Shown: positions 14,832 to 15,371 of the stretch, one piece after another
Layout: every line of letters begins with the position of its first letter
Position numbering within the stretch: the stretch's first letter is position 1
DNA from: Candidatus Latescibacterota bacterium
GTDB lineage: Bacteria > Latescibacterota > UBA2968
Assembly (NCBI GenBank): GCA_038279365.1
Contig: JAYODI010000025.1
Location: 14,373-29,743, forward strand
Direction: 5' to 3'
Length of the DNA: 15,371 nucleotides
Position numbers and translations under genes: made by a program
Notes under the pieces: model-generated
Seen by the model: the letters and a program-made list of their open reading frames with translations, nothing else
What the model was told of the DNA's origin: nothing
Databases searched by the model: none

Positions 14832-15371
14832 ATGGATACACCGATGCAAACAATGAATACGAAGTCTGTTGATCATGAAGCGCTCGTGCGTCCCCCTTAT
14901 GAGTTTAGAAAGTTTGCTTTTGTGTGGTTGGTGCATCTGCTTTTGGTTGCTGGTAGTGTTTTGTGGGCCTTGGATTATTTTGTTGTAAGTTGGCCCTCGG
15001 TTGCGCTTGCTGTTGGTTGGTTTGTTGTTTCTTCTACGGCCATTACAGCAGGTTATCACCGTCTTTTTTCTCATGCGGCTTATCGGGCCAAATGGCCTTT
15101 AGAATTGTTCTACCTGATTACTGGTGCTGCGGCTTTTCAAGGATCGGCATTACAATGGTCGGCACAGCATCGCGATCATCACACCTATGTGGATCAACCC
15201 AAAGACCCTTATAATATTCATATGGGGTTTTGGTTTGCGCACATGGGGTGGGTGGTTCGACAGACCAACCCCAACTATGACCGTGTGAAAGACTTACAAA
15301 AAAGCCCACTGATGCAATGGCAGTTTAAATATTATTATATCATTGCCCTGTTGACCAGTTTTGTGATCCCC
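14832..15371 (+). CDS. Membrane fatty acid (acyl-CoA/acyl-lipid, delta-9 type) desaturase, 3'-truncated by the window edge
   Basis: Translated by hand from ATG 14832 (GAGGAG RBS): MDTPMQTMNTK...AITAGYHRLFSH...QGSALQWSAQHRDHHTYVDQPKDPYNIHMGFWFAHMGW, open to the end. The first two His boxes are present. Absent from the ORF track because there is no stop in the window. Confidence 0.93.
   Translation, partial: MDTPMQTMNTKSVDHEALVRPPYEFRKFAFVWLVHLLLVAGSVLWALDYFVVSWPSVALAVGWFVVSSTAITAGYHRLFSHAAYRAKWPLELFYLITGAAAFQGSALQWSAQHRDHHTYVDQPKDPYNIHMGFWFAHMGWVVRQTNPNYDRVKDLQKSPLMQWQFKYYYIIALLTSFVIP

Noticed and set aside
14829-15309. Short ORFs 14829..15074(-), 14963..15214(+), 15118..15309(-)
   Set aside because: All overlap the desaturase frame starting at 14832, which has clear His-box motifs.
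1-15371. CRISPR array, IS/transposase, integrase, tRNA/rRNA, defence genes
   Set aside because: No regularly spaced repeats, terminal inverted repeats or matching protein motifs were seen; intergenic gaps are short and explained by terminators and promoters.

Overview
Gene-dense bacterial chromosomal window with 13 CDS (11 on +, 2 on -); no RNA gene, mobile element or CRISPR array seen. In order: a 5'-truncated DASS/SLC13 transporter, a soluble cNMP-fold histidine kinase and a stand-alone receiver; pyruvate:ferredoxin/flavodoxin oxidoreductase (nifJ/por) with a dihydroorotate-dehydrogenase-like flavoprotein; an unusual TonB - PSP1/RicT - RpoD-like sigma factor unit; a xylose-isomerase-like TIM barrel lacking its usual metal ligands; three Gfo/Idh/MocA oxidoreductases; and a 3'-truncated delta-9-type fatty acid desaturase missed by the ORF track. 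The strongest non-coding signal is that the PFOR unit and the TonB-RicT-sigma unit begin with near-identical sigma54 (-24/-12) promoters (TTTGGCAYAGGGGTTGC, 16/17 identical). They also share upstream dyads, leader length and start-codon context, which suggests a co-regulated sigma54 to alternative-sigma70 redox cascade (inference). The desaturase promoter has a palindromic T8A8 spacer. The TonB and short RpoD-like sigma suggest a diderm, possibly FCB-group host (inference only).
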